Shown here: positions 20,690-30,141 of the stretch, piece after piece
Layout: each line of letters starts with the position of its first letter
Position numbering within the stretch: position 1 is the stretch's first letter
From: a virus
Lineage: Duplodnaviria > Caudoviricetes
Length of the DNA: 64,000 bases
Reading direction: 5' to 3' (one strand)
Virus record (IMG/VR): IMGVR_UViG_3300027917_004314
Translations under genes and position numbers: made by a program
Notes under the pieces: model-generated
What the model was told of the DNA's origin: nothing
Seen by the model: only the letters and a program-made list of their open reading frames with translations
Database searches by the model: none

Positions 20690-22681
20690 ATGTTTTATAT
20701 CAGTAAAAGAGCTGCCTGGATGCGAAGCATATGGATTAATCCAGACGATGGTTCCACGATACAAGTAGATGGCAAGACCCATGACGATGTGTTTTTTGAA
20801 CATATCGATCAGTTTGGAGATGCTGTACCTGAAGACATCAAAGAAATAATTAAGAGAAGGGAAGAAAAACCAGAGCACTCAGAAAAAGCTTACGAGATTT
20901 TGGATGGTCTAAAAGAGAGTTGGCCCAGAATTACAATATTTGGCAGTGAAGTTGGCCTAGACATGCCAGATAAATCTAATCTATTGTTGCACTTTGCACA
21001 ACAAACACTTATGAAAAGTGGGCTTAGATATGGATCCATGACAATCAACTTTGGTGTCGGCGGCTTTATCGAAGATGTTTCGTATGATGATTTTATACGA
21101 GCTGACAGGTGGTCTGATATTTTAAAGCCATATAGGTCGTTTATCACTGCGTTTGCATTGTCAAAGCGTGCCCAGGAACCGATAATTCCTACTCCGCATA
21201 TTGTGATCGAACCATACGAGCCTGCAATCGCAAAGGCACTTACTAGAATACCAAACCATTTAAAAATGAACGTCACAAAAGTAGTAGTTCACAGTGGTGG
21301 CGGTTCTGGTCATATGGGGCATGTCGAAATGGGCCCTGGGAAAGATCCAAGAGAGATACATATCTTTAAAGATAGGATCCGAGAAAAGGTGCGTCAAATG
21401 TTCGGTACTATACAACCTACAGCACAGCAGCTAGAACAAGCAACAGAACGCGCCTTGATTGAAACCATCATACACGAAACGGGACATATAGGACCGACAA
21501 GAACCCAAGAACAGATTTTACAAGGTCCGTTCTTTGGAGAACCAGAGGCCGAAGCACTCGTCAGACAGCAGCTGCCGACAATTGCATCGTTTGAAGATGC
21601 ATTGGTGAAGGCATCCCTTGATTTGGAAGAGATTAGAGAGAAGCTATTACCAAATGCTCCTATTGGAGAGCCTAACTTGCACTTTGTGGCTCAATCCATG
21701 AACCAAAAAAAATATTATCTTGTCAAGAGTGGAGTCCGTCTACTCACAGGTGGCGATATAAAACCCGCCGCAATCGAAATTAAAGAGGCAGAACAATTTA
21801 ATAATATCGCTTCTCGAAACATCAAAGTTTCTAAAATTATTGGAGTTATTGCGGCAGAAGTAGGAGTTCATCCATATAACGATTTGAATTTTGTGGTTGC
21901 TTTGGCAAAATGGCAAGATTGCAACGGTTTAGAGCCTACTGGCAAATTAGATGCTGGTACTTTATCCAAGCTTGGTAAAAATCATAGTCACTTAGAGACC
22001 CCTAAAAATTTTGGTGTTGTGGTTCCTCAACACCTGTATCGTGGCGCAATAATTGAGAATATGAAACAACTAGAAGCGTTGCGTGATAGGTTTGGTGTAC
22101 AAAGGGTTGTTTCCCTGCACAACCACCCTGATATAACTAGGATGTGTCACATCGCTGGTTTAGAACATGTTGTAGCACCTTTAGAAACAGGATCGCCAAG
22201 TGACTTTGGTAGAAAAATTCTTGGAAAATCCATTTCTAGCTTTTTAAAAGAAAAACCAACATATATTCATTGTTTTTATGGTCAAGACCGCACAGGAGGC
22301 GTTGTAGCGCGCTTCAGGACGGAAACTGGATGGCCATGTGAAGCAGCCTATGCAGAAGCAAAAGCTTATGGTTTTAAAGACATGTTTGCCGATCTTATCG
22401 ATTGGTTTTCTGAGCCATGCGGCAAGCCACCAGTTGATACCGATAAGATAAGGAAATTATTGAAGAATAAATCTCCTTATAAGAATCCAGAAACTTCACA
22501 ACCTCTAGAACAGTCGTTATTGGAACCCCACCTAAATCCAGTTCCTAATGATATGCCATTTGGCAATCCATATCAAGATGCTAGTGAACATGTCTATGTT
22601 ACGTGGGCTGATACTATTAACAGCGTGGCGCCAACAGGGATTTTAAGCATTCCTGTGCCATCAGGGAGTACGGGCATATGA
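20690..22681 (+). CDS. Multidomain protein: zincin-like HExxH domain + peptidoglycan-binding-like + protein tyrosine/dual-specificity phosphatase
   Basis: IIHETGH (21473); KWQDCNGLEPTGKLD (PG_binding_1-like); HCFYGQDRTG = CX5R P-loop (22268); FYISKRA at start, FALSKRA at 21152. Confidence 0.8.
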   Translation: MFYISKRAAWMRSIWINPDDGSTIQVDGKTHDDVFFEHIDQFGDAVPEDIKEIIKRREEKPEHSEKAYEILDGLKESWPRITIFGSEVGLDMPDKSNLLLHFAQQTLMKSGLRYGSMTINFGVGGFIEDVSYDDFIRADRWSDILKPYRSFITAFALSKRAQEPIIPTPHIVIEPYEPAIAKALTRIPNHLKMNVTKVVVHSGGGSGHMGHVEMGPGKDPREIHIFKDRIREKVRQMFGTIQPTAQQLEQATERALIETIIHETGHIGPTRTQEQILQGPFFGEPEAEALVRQQLPTIASFEDALVKASLDLEEIREKLLPNAPIGEPNLHFVAQSMNQKKYYLVKSGVRLLTGGDIKPAAIEIKEAEQFNNIASRNIKVSKIIGVIAAEVGVHPYNDLNFVVALAKWQDCNGLEPTGKLDAGTLSKLGKNHSHLETPKNFGVVVPQHLYRGAIIENMKQLEALRDRFGVQRVVSLHNHPDITRMCHIAGLEHVVAPLETGSPSDFGRKILGKSISSFLKEKPTYIHCFYGQDRTGGVVARFRTETGWPCEAAYAEAKAYGFKDMFADLIDWFSEPCGKPPVDTDKIRKLLKNKSPYKNPETSQPLEQSLLEPHLNPVPNDMPFGNPYQDASEHVYVTWADTINSVAPTGILSIPVPSGSTGI

Positions 22682-22953
22682 TCGACGAAGAAACCATTAC
22701 TATAGTTGCAAATCTCAGAAATACACTAAATAGACGCGGATTTACACGGTCCGCTGCAGAAATTAATGAAATTTTATATCAACTTATAGAAGATCGATAT
22801 GCACTGGAACCTGAGGAGGAAGAGGAAGATGAGGCTAGTGACGCCTTTGTAGCATCAAATATCGTTGGATTACGAGGAGATGTGCAGCCCGAACAACCTT
22901 GGGGTGGTTGGGGCGTTAACCCATTTTTTCACGATCCGGGAGAGCCCAACTAG
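22678..22953 (+). CDS. Small protein with degenerate helical-hairpin tag
   Basis: IVANLRNTLNRRGFTRSAAEINEIL; ATGA overlap. Confidence 0.65.
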   Translation: MIDEETITIVANLRNTLNRRGFTRSAAEINEILYQLIEDRYALEPEEEEEDEASDAFVASNIVGLRGDVQPEQPWGGWGVNPFFHDPGEPN

Positions 22954-22981
22954 CAATCTATAGCACAAAACTATTTGAAAT

Positions 22982-22991
22982 CTATTAATAA
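22982..22991 (+). promoter_or_regulatory. Putative phage promoter motif CTATTAATAA
   Basis: Recurrent intergenic motif upstream of the protease-scaffold block. Confidence 0.55.
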
Positions 22992-23039
22992 AATTTCATA
23001 ATTTTGCGGCAATTACGCTTATGTTTAACGCGAGGACAT

Positions 23040-23663
23040 ATGGTTCAAAAGCTAGCAAATTTACCACAACGATCATCTGAAATATCTCCAGAGGAGAAAG
23101 ACGCAGCCAAAAAGGTCCTTCAGGCCTTTAAGAAATTTTTGCGTCTGCTTTGGGCTGCCAAGCAGCACGATGATCGTTTAATTAATGTTTTTGAAAAAAA
23201 TGAAAACGCCGATTCAGCGGCACTTTTCGAAATAAGACACCTTCTTCGAAGATATCAAAAAGATGGCAAAGATAGGTATACAAAACTAATTGTAATGTTT
23301 GCTGGACAGAAAGATGAAAATATGGAACTGATAGAGAAGGGGATAATTCACCTTCTGCAACCGCTAGAAAAAGATACAACGACTAGGCAAATCAAAACGG
23401 CGTTGCAAGACGCAATGCAGCAATTGGCTGAGTTTGTAGAAGAATTTCTCGAATTGTTTGAGGATTTTAACAACAAAGATCAAATTAAAAATATAATTAA
23501 TGTTGCAAAGAAATCTGAGAAAATTATTCAAAGCATAGAAAACACAATAGAAAAACAGATGAGGCCGCATTTCGAGAAGAACATATTGGGTCCGAGAAAA
23601 ATTAGTAGTATACGCAGCCGAATTCGTAGAAGGGCTCGACTTATTACTATGCTGGAGGCATAA
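23040..23663 (+). CDS. Hypothetical helical protein
   Basis: GAGG RBS before ATG 23040. Confidence 0.7.
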   Translation: MVQKLANLPQRSSEISPEEKDAAKKVLQAFKKFLRLLWAAKQHDDRLINVFEKNENADSAALFEIRHLLRRYQKDGKDRYTKLIVMFAGQKDENMELIEKGIIHLLQPLEKDTTTRQIKTALQDAMQQLAEFVEEFLELFEDFNNKDQIKNIINVAKKSEKIIQSIENTIEKQMRPHFEKNILGPRKISSIRSRIRRRARLITMLEA

Positions 23664-23801
23664 ATGATTATTAAGCACTCTGATGCCAAAATTGATTCTG
23701 TCTATACCGACAAGGAGACGGCACAGGAAGATATCAAAAAGAAGGCCAATATAGAAAAATCTGAGGAAAAAGAGACTAATACTGACGACGAGAGGGATTA
23801 A
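23664..23801 (+). CDS. Small acidic/basic protein (45 aa, not in ORF track)
   Basis: MIIKHSDAKIDS...DDERD; TAAATG junctions at both ends, GGAGG upstream. Confidence 0.55.
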   Translation: MIIKHSDAKIDSVYTDKETAQEDIKKKANIEKSEEKETNTDDERD

Positions 23802-26800
23802 ATGGCCATATTTAAAACTGCTCAGTTGGAAGTTAGACAGGTACATAATACAGATTTAATGGCATCCTCCAAGCCCATGGAGGCTCTACTCCTTGGCTCT
23901 GAGGCAGCGAAAGCTGACGAACAAATAAAACAACGTTTTGTTAAATTCGCCCAACATTTGAAAAGAGTTGCGCCAAAGGCCAAGGATTTCCTGTACTTTA
24001 GTTGTATTATGATGCATGCAGCAGAGGCTGCACTAATTGATCAGAACACCGGCTTGCCGGTAAAGAATGGTGAAGACGAAGTTACGTCCGAATGGAAAAT
24101 AGATAACAAGGGATCCTGGAAATGGGCCTGTTCTGATCCGAACATTAAGCCTTATAAAAACAACAACGGCGATATTTTTCCAGAAGTAGAGCTTAAAAAA
24201 GCTTATAGAAAATGGATTGGTCGCCCCCTTTGCAAAGATCATCAAAGCGGTTCCGTTGATGGTATTCGTGGTATCATCGTAGATACTTATTATGATGACA
24301 AACGCAAAAGAGTTATTGCCCTATGCGCTCTGGATAAAATTAATTATCCAGATCTTGCTAGAAAAGTTTCTACAGGTTATGCTACAAATGTTTCTATGGG
24401 CACAGCAGTTGGCATATCTATCTGTTTTGAGTGTGGCAATATCGCAAGGGTAGAGGCCGATTATTGTCCATGCGTCAAAACTAAGAAAACTTATGGTGAA
24501 ATTAATATTGACCTCTCGCCCATTGAGTTGAGCCTGGTAGTCACGGGCGCAGATCCTCAAGCCAAATTGAGGAATGTAATCGCCAGTCTTGAAAAATATT
24601 CTAATGAAAAGGGTGAAAGAATTAAGGAACTTAAAAGAGCTGGTTGTGTTACACCAGATGAACTGACGAGGTTGGAGAATGAGATAGTTGATTTAAGGAA
24701 TACTGTGAGAGCAGCAACCAACCTCATGTTTTATAAAGCCGCAGCTGTTGGGCCTGGTGCTGAAAACATAGAACAGGCGAGGAATTTAGGAGAAGTTCTA
24801 AAACATCTGACCAGTCCAGAAGCAAGAAAAAAAGTCGAAAACATTATTACTTCTCTATTAGAAGAGGTCCCTGCAGAAGAGCCAGTTGAGGTGGAACCAG
24901 CAAGTGCTACTCCAAGCACCAAAGATATGGGAGATACTGAAAAAGGGTACACCGGATCCAACTCTGATACTGGACCGCCAGAGTGGTCACCAGAGAGAAC
25001 TGATATTATGAGAATGACCAGTGATAAAACTGCTGATTTAGGAATACAAATAAACGCTATTAATAAGAAGCTGGACGCCATGGAACTTGCACTTCGTGAC
25101 ATGGCAACGGGCGTCCAGGAAGTCACAACACATAAGGAGGAGCAATCAATGTCTGACAAAGAGCTTCGTCAAAGGGCAGCTGCCCGTCGTGCAATGTTTC
25201 AAAAATCTGCCTATCATCAGGGTGGGGGGGATTTGAATGATCCAGCTAATCTTCCATATCCCGTTGATCCATTGAATGATCAACTCAAGACGAAAGGAGA
25301 CAAGCAGATGGAGGGTCAGGGTATGGAGCCTGGAAATGATGGTCTGCACCCAGGTTATGACAGCTTTGGCCAATCCGAAGAGTCCCTAAAGAAAATGCTT
25401 TCTAGGGCTGAATTAGAAGAGAGAAAGATGCGCAGACACGCATTCATGAAGCAGGCTGAGGAGCCAGCGCAAGAGCTGGAGACCAAGAAAACGCCTAGCG
25501 GTGCCACCGTTGCAAAAACCCCGGACGGAAAGGTTATTATGCTTAACAATGATGGCACATACAATGAAGTGGACGATACCCAGATCCAACAGGCTAGAGA
25601 CCTAGTCAAAATGGTTGGTAGGGGCACTCCATCACCCACCAAGAAAGAAGCCTATTGGCAAGGTGGTGGCGGTGTTAATGAGCCACAAACTTATCCGGTT
25701 GACCCCATGAATGATAAGTTGAAAACTGATGGCGATAAGCAAATGGAAGGACAGGGTATGGAGCCAGGTAACGACGGCCTGCACCCAGGTTACCAGAGCT
25801 ATGGTAATGAAGAAGCTCTAAAAAAGAAGCTTCTCCGCGCTCAGCTTCGCGCTAAGTTTATTGTAGCCTACAAAAATGAAGATAAGACTGTCATTGACAA
25901 GAAAAATTCTCGTTGGGAAATCTATGCTGGCCCAGATAAGATTCTTGAGGCGACTGGCGCAGAGATCTACGAGGATGAGCTAGAACAGAATTGGGAATTG
26001 CTGGCGAGCAAAGAGTGGGGTCGCAAGGCAATCGCAGCTATTCGAGAGAAAGGTTTCGAACGTGTAGCATGGTTGTTGAAGGGAGAAAGTCTTGAAAAGA
26101 CTGCTCAGCCACCAATGCCTCCACCCACAGCAGGTGGCGAAAAGCCAATGCCGCCTCCTCCAGCAGTCGAAGGGCTACCAGAAGCTGCTCCTGAGGAAGA
26201 GGCGAAGGATCCTGTTCAATCAGCTCTAGATACGCTATCTGAGAGTTTGGAGAGCGCAGAGAAGGCTATGGGCGATCTTAAGGATGCCCTTGAGGAAGTA
26301 ACTGGCAAATCAGAAGGTGCTGAGCTTCCAGATGTTGGTGGCGCCGAGGCCGACGATGCAGAGCAACTTGCAATGGCAGAAGTCGCATCTCAGATCAAGG
26401 AAGTATATTCTGGCCTAGATGAAAGCGCAGATGAGCTGGCTATGCTAGCTGAGTCGCTTGAATCACGTTTCAAGGCTGGAAAGGGTTCAGAGGATGCGGT
26501 AACCGCCGAACTTCTTCGTCTTGCGCCTGAGGCAGTAAACGAGAGTGCTGAACTTCGCAGAGAAGCATCCCTTGTTATTGATGCCGCCAAGAAGAAAGAA
26601 AAGAAGGAAGAGGAAGAAGATGAAAAAGAGGAGAAAGAAGATGACAAGAAAGATAAGAAGGGCAAGGGCAAACTGCCGCCTGCTCTTGAAAAAGCTATAG
26701 AGAAGAAGAAAGAAAAGAAGGAAAAGAAAGAAGACAAGAAAGAAGATAAGGAAGAGAAAGAAGATGAGGAAGAGAAAGGGGAGAAAAAAGAAAAGAACAA

Positions 26801-27959
26801 CAATGGTAAAAAGAGCAAAGCAGAAGTTTTGTTAGAGAATCTGTTGAAGGCTCGTGCCGCAAAGCGTCGTGAGTTAGTCCGTGAGGCTGATGAAGAGGTG
26901 GCAGAGTCGTATGCTGCTGAAGGCATGACTAAAGCTGATGTTGAGAAGATTGTTAAAGACCTCCTAGATGAAATGGGCGTTACCTCGGAATTTATGAAAG
27001 AAGAAATGGAGGAACCAGAGCATGCTCCTGAGGAAGAGGCTCTTGTAGTAGAGGAGCCAGCCGGTGAGCTTGAAACTTTGATGGAAGGATCTCCAGAAGC
27101 GTCAGATGGCCTAGAACTCGAGCTTTCTCAGATGCTAGATGATTTGAATGCCCTAGAAGATCAGGCTGTAGAACAGGAGGCTGATAGTGTTCCTGTCCCA
27201 GTTGGTGATTTAACTGTCGATGCTGAAGCTCGTAAAGCATGGCGTGAGAGAGTAGCTGCTGAGGTTGGCGCCAAGTATCAACTTTCTCTTGATCAGGCTG
27301 TAACAGTTGATTCCGATATGCCAGCTAAGTTCCATCCACAAGGTGGCCACGATCTTGAAAGGTTGGACATTTCCCCATCCGATCAGGGAGCATATTTTGA
27401 GACTATCGTCGAGCAGCATGATAAAATCATGAAGGAAGTTCAGAATCTTCCAAAAGTTAGAGAAGCCATGGAGCATCTGGGCGGGCTGCTTAAGAATGGT
27501 ACGCTGACCATTGATGATCTAGACGATGTTAAGAAGTTGAAGGCACTTGCGGTGGATCCTGAAGCTGCCAAGTATTGGAAAACCTACTTTGGTGAGGGAG
27601 ACGCCGAAAGCAAGAAATTTGGAAACGAACTCACTCAAGAATATACAAAGAAGAAGTCTGAGGCAAATCTAGACGAACAGCGCGTGAAACTGAGCAGAGC
27701 ATATGACATCGCTCTTGATATGCAAGAAAAGGGCATGATAGCTGACGATCGCGCAACCTTGGAAAAGCAAGTTAATGAGATTATGAGCTTTGATAACAAG
27801 AGCTTTGAATCTTTCAAACGTGCACTTTCCCGTGTAGCTAAGCCAGCACAGGTAAAAACAGCAGCTCCGGCACTTAATGTTGGGGTTAGCTCTGAAGATT
27901 TGGGCGAAGGAGTGACTTCTCCAGAGAACCTGGCAGATCAGCTTAGGAAAATGTGGTAA
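23802..27959 (+). CDS. Prohead (maturation) protease fused to long scaffold
   Basis: NNNGDIF..ELKKAY..WIGRPLCKDH, VSMG (putative Ser), CxxC insertion, IELSLV..GADPQA; followed by acidic coiled-coil, K/E-rich tract and internal duplication. Confidence 0.85.
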   Translation: MAIFKTAQLEVRQVHNTDLMASSKPMEALLLGSEAAKADEQIKQRFVKFAQHLKRVAPKAKDFLYFSCIMMHAAEAALIDQNTGLPVKNGEDEVTSEWKIDNKGSWKWACSDPNIKPYKNNNGDIFPEVELKKAYRKWIGRPLCKDHQSGSVDGIRGIIVDTYYDDKRKRVIALCALDKINYPDLARKVSTGYATNVSMGTAVGISICFECGNIARVEADYCPCVKTKKTYGEINIDLSPIELSLVVTGADPQAKLRNVIASLEKYSNEKGERIKELKRAGCVTPDELTRLENEIVDLRNTVRAATNLMFYKAAAVGPGAENIEQARNLGEVLKHLTSPEARKKVENIITSLLEEVPAEEPVEVEPASATPSTKDMGDTEKGYTGSNSDTGPPEWSPERTDIMRMTSDKTADLGIQINAINKKLDAMELALRDMATGVQEVTTHKEEQSMSDKELRQRAAARRAMFQKSAYHQGGGDLNDPANLPYPVDPLNDQLKTKGDKQMEGQGMEPGNDGLHPGYDSFGQSEESLKKMLSRAELEERKMRRHAFMKQAEEPAQELETKKTPSGATVAKTPDGKVIMLNNDGTYNEVDDTQIQQARDLVKMVGRGTPSPTKKEAYWQGGGGVNEPQTYPVDPMNDKLKTDGDKQMEGQGMEPGNDGLHPGYQSYGNEEALKKKLLRAQLRAKFIVAYKNEDKTVIDKKNSRWEIYAGPDKILEATGAEIYEDELEQNWELLASKEWGRKAIAAIREKGFERVAWLLKGESLEKTAQPPMPPPTAGGEKPMPPPPAVEGLPEAAPEEEAKDPVQSALDTLSESLESAEKAMGDLKDALEEVTGKSEGAELPDVGGAEADDAEQLAMAEVASQIKEVYSGLDESADELAMLAESLESRFKAGKGSEDAVTAELLRLAPEAVNESAELRREASLVIDAAKKKEKKEEEEDEKEEKEDDKKDKKGKGKLPPALEKAIEKKKEKKEKKEDKKEDKEEKEDEEEKGEKKEKNNNGKKSKAEVLLENLLKARAAKRRELVREADEEVAESYAAEGMTKADVEKIVKDLLDEMGVTSEFMKEEMEEPEHAPEEEALVVEEPAGELETLMEGSPEASDGLELELSQMLDDLNALEDQAVEQEADSVPVPVGDLTVDAEARKAWRERVAAEVGAKYQLSLDQAVTVDSDMPAKFHPQGGHDLERLDISPSDQGAYFETIVEQHDKIMKEVQNLPKVREAMEHLGGLLKNGTLTIDDLDDVKKLKALAVDPEAAKYWKTYFGEGDAESKKFGNELTQEYTKKKSEANLDEQRVKLSRAYDIALDMQEKGMIADDRATLEKQVNEIMSFDNKSFESFKRALSRVAKPAQVKTAAPALNVGVSSEDLGEGVTSPENLADQLRKMW
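25203..25847 (+). repeat. Two ~70-aa coding repeats in the scaffold (25203-25415, 25644-25847)
   Basis: KSAYHQGGG..YPVDPLNDQLKTKGDKQMEGQGMEPGNDGLHPGY and KEAYWQGGG..YPVDPMNDKLKTDGDKQMEGQGMEPGNDGLHPGY. Confidence 0.95.
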
Positions 27960-27970
27960 AAGCAATTACT

Positions 27971-28010
27971 TAAGGGGTCTCGGGGAATCTTCCCCGAGGC
28001 CCATTCCTTA
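27971..28010 (+). promoter_or_regulatory. GC-rich intergenic stem-loop after protease-scaffold gene
   Basis: TAAGG-GGTCTCGGGGA-ATCT-TCCCCGAGGCC-CATT-CCTTA; no clean U-tract. Confidence 0.7.
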
Positions 28011-28027
28011 TTCTCAAGGATTTGAAA

Positions 28028-28204
28028 ATGAAACTTACTAAAAAGGAAAGGGTACAGGAGATACTATCTCTGAAACAATTTGGGCTTCTGCCTGAGGAAA
28101 TTGAGGCATATTTTGAATTCTTTGATGAAGTTGATGAGAAAAAGGCAAAACGTGTTTTTGTTTTGAACAGTAAATCTAAGGACGCGGGAGAGAAACGAGA
28201 TTGA
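28028..28204 (+). CDS. Small hypothetical protein
   Basis: AAGGA RBS before ATG 28028. Confidence 0.55.
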   Translation: MKLTKKERVQEILSLKQFGLLPEEIEAYFEFFDEVDEKKAKRVFVLNSKSKDAGEKRD

Positions 28205-28229
28205 AAACTATCTATTGGAGGTTTACAAA

Positions 28230-29048
28230 ATGACAAGCCTAAAGCGACAAGACGCTGATGAAATTATAGACGCAATGGCTAGGGCTCTTGGGGGTGATAT
28301 GTTCAAAGCGGCTTCGGTAGAGAAAGAAGCCCAAGGAATGAGCATAGAGCTATTGATGGCCCTTATGCATGAAGAATATAGGAAAGGCAAAGCGCAATAT
28401 GATTCTATGGATGAAGCGCAGGCAAGCAAGGCGGTATCTACCAAAGTGTGGAACGAGAATTTGGAAGATATTCAGGCACAAGAAAATAAAGAGCCTGGCT
28501 TTTTAGAGAGGGCTGCTGATCTGAGAGACAGCTATATGGTTCCAAAAAGAGCTGCCGATGATGGTGCTGCTGAACAACCTTGCGACGATTGCGACGAACA
28601 AATGGCACAAGACCAGCCAGAACGAGAAGCTCAGACTTCTCTAGCTATTGACTTTGCAATGGGTCATCTAGTGAAGATAGCTGATGCTCTTGATAACAAG
28701 GGTTTTGCCGGTGTGGCCAGCATTGTAGATGAAACAATCGAGAAATTAGCAAAAAAAAAAGTAAAAAAAAAGTATAAAACTTGGGAAGGAAAAGACGAGA
28801 AGTCGCCCAAAGGAGCAGAATATAAGGCTCCCAAGGAGTGGTTTGACAAAATGAAGGCAGATGTCAAAAAGAAGAATCCTGACTACTCTGCCAAAAGAAT
28901 TAGAGAGATTGTCGGAGATATTTGGGACAATGAGCTTAGCGAAAAGAAACGCAAATCTATCCTTAAAAAGTATGAAAAGGGTGGCAAGGAAAAGAAAGCT
29001 GAAGATGAAAGACCCGCTAAGCTTGCTAAATCCAAAGATCAAGACTAA
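28230..29048 (+). CDS. Internal protein: KxA motifs, helical-hairpin tag, basic HMG-box-like C-terminus
   Basis: GGAGG RBS before ATG 28230; HLVKIADALDNKG tag; KKNPDYSAKRIREIVGDIW. Confidence 0.75.
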   Translation: MTSLKRQDADEIIDAMARALGGDMFKAASVEKEAQGMSIELLMALMHEEYRKGKAQYDSMDEAQASKAVSTKVWNENLEDIQAQENKEPGFLERAADLRDSYMVPKRAADDGAAEQPCDDCDEQMAQDQPEREAQTSLAIDFAMGHLVKIADALDNKGFAGVASIVDETIEKLAKKKVKKKYKTWEGKDEKSPKGAEYKAPKEWFDKMKADVKKKNPDYSAKRIREIVGDIWDNELSEKKRKSILKKYEKGGKEKKAEDERPAKLAKSKDQD

Positions 29049-29069
29049 TAACATAAAAGGGAGAACCGT

Positions 29070-29765
29070 ATGCTTCGAATTATACAAGCCGGAAATGCAC
29101 TCCCCTTCAGTTATCCAGTTGATAGTTCAAGTTCATTTCAACCCGGTCAGATAGCACAACTTAAGTTGGTAGGTCAAGACATTGTTGCCGGATTATCAGA
29201 TGGAACTGCTCCATTGGGAATTATCGACGATATCCGTACGACCGCATTTACTCAAACAGTAGTGGATGAGATTGTTGTTATACCTGGTGTTGATATCACT
29301 ACTGATGGGTATAACAATTTTTATAATGGAGCAGATTCTAAGCAAGAACTTAATAATGCTGGATTGATACAATCTAGTTTTGTTGCCGATTATGAAGGTT
29401 TAGTTCTTAATCCAACTAATGGTATTTTGACCCTTCCGGCTAACAGCTTGCTGAACTATGACAGTGATGGTGATAACTTAGAAGATAGTGTTAGAACTAT
29501 CGTTAACTATGTATATCAAGTACCTTCGCTGCCTGGCGATGATACAACAATTGGTAGTAATAGAATAACTGTTTGGTTTCAAAGAGGGATTTTTGCTACA
29601 GATCAGTTCGATTCGCTACAGCGATATCCATTAAATGCAACATTATTTGTAAGTTCAGAAGGAAAGTTAACTACAAGTCAGGCGACGGCGGACCATCCTG
29701 GTGTAGCTATAGTTACCGGTCCTCCAAGTGCAATAGAAGGTACGTTAGAATTTATGTGGTTATAA
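29070..29765 (+). CDS. Head decoration/cement-like protein (paralogue 1)
   Basis: Beta-rich; FQPGQIAQL..PLGIIDD..GSNRITVW..GIFATDQFD pattern typical of beta-tulip decoration proteins near capsid genes. Confidence 0.65.
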   Translation: MLRIIQAGNALPFSYPVDSSSSFQPGQIAQLKLVGQDIVAGLSDGTAPLGIIDDIRTTAFTQTVVDEIVVIPGVDITTDGYNNFYNGADSKQELNNAGLIQSSFVADYEGLVLNPTNGILTLPANSLLNYDSDGDNLEDSVRTIVNYVYQVPSLPGDDTTIGSNRITVWFQRGIFATDQFDSLQRYPLNATLFVSSEGKLTTSQATADHPGVAIVTGPPSAIEGTLEFMWL

Positions 29766-29775
29766 TGGAGGCGTA

Positions 29776-30141
29776 ATGACTTTTTCAAAAGAGGATAAGG
29801 CTGCGTGGCTCAATAGCGAGGTTATGCAAGAGCTTGAAAAACTTGGTGAGAGCGTCCTTAATGGGCCACCTCCCGAGGCTTTCGAGCCGCTAGAGAATGT
29901 TGCAGCTGCTGAAACATGGGAAGACGAAGACTTGGAAGAAAAAATAACTGAAGCCGTTAAAGAATTTGAGCAGCCTGTAGTTCCAATTGAGAAAGAGTTT
30001 GTTGTTGCGTATAACAAGCGTCTTCTTGCAAACATAGAAAAGATTGCGTATCATCTATCAGACAAAAAAAACATTACGGCTGCATATAGAGTAGAACAAT
30101 CATTAAGACAACTTAAAGCTTTGTTGCGGGAGGAAAATTAA
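29776..30141 (+). CDS. Small scaffold-like protein: WxxSEVMQE leader + helical hairpin
   Basis: GGAGG RBS; AAWLNSEVMQELEK resembles the start of 34046; ends right after the hairpin tag. Confidence 0.75.
   Translation: MTFSKEDKAAWLNSEVMQELEKLGESVLNGPPPEAFEPLENVAAAETWEDEDLEEKITEAVKEFEQPVVPIEKEFVVAYNKRLLANIEKIAYHLSDKKNITAAYRVEQSLRQLKALLREEN

Noticed and set aside
23664-23804. Read-through fusion of the 45-aa ORF into the protease
   Set aside because: The stop is TAA with no recognisable read-through context, and TAAATG coupling is common in this genome.
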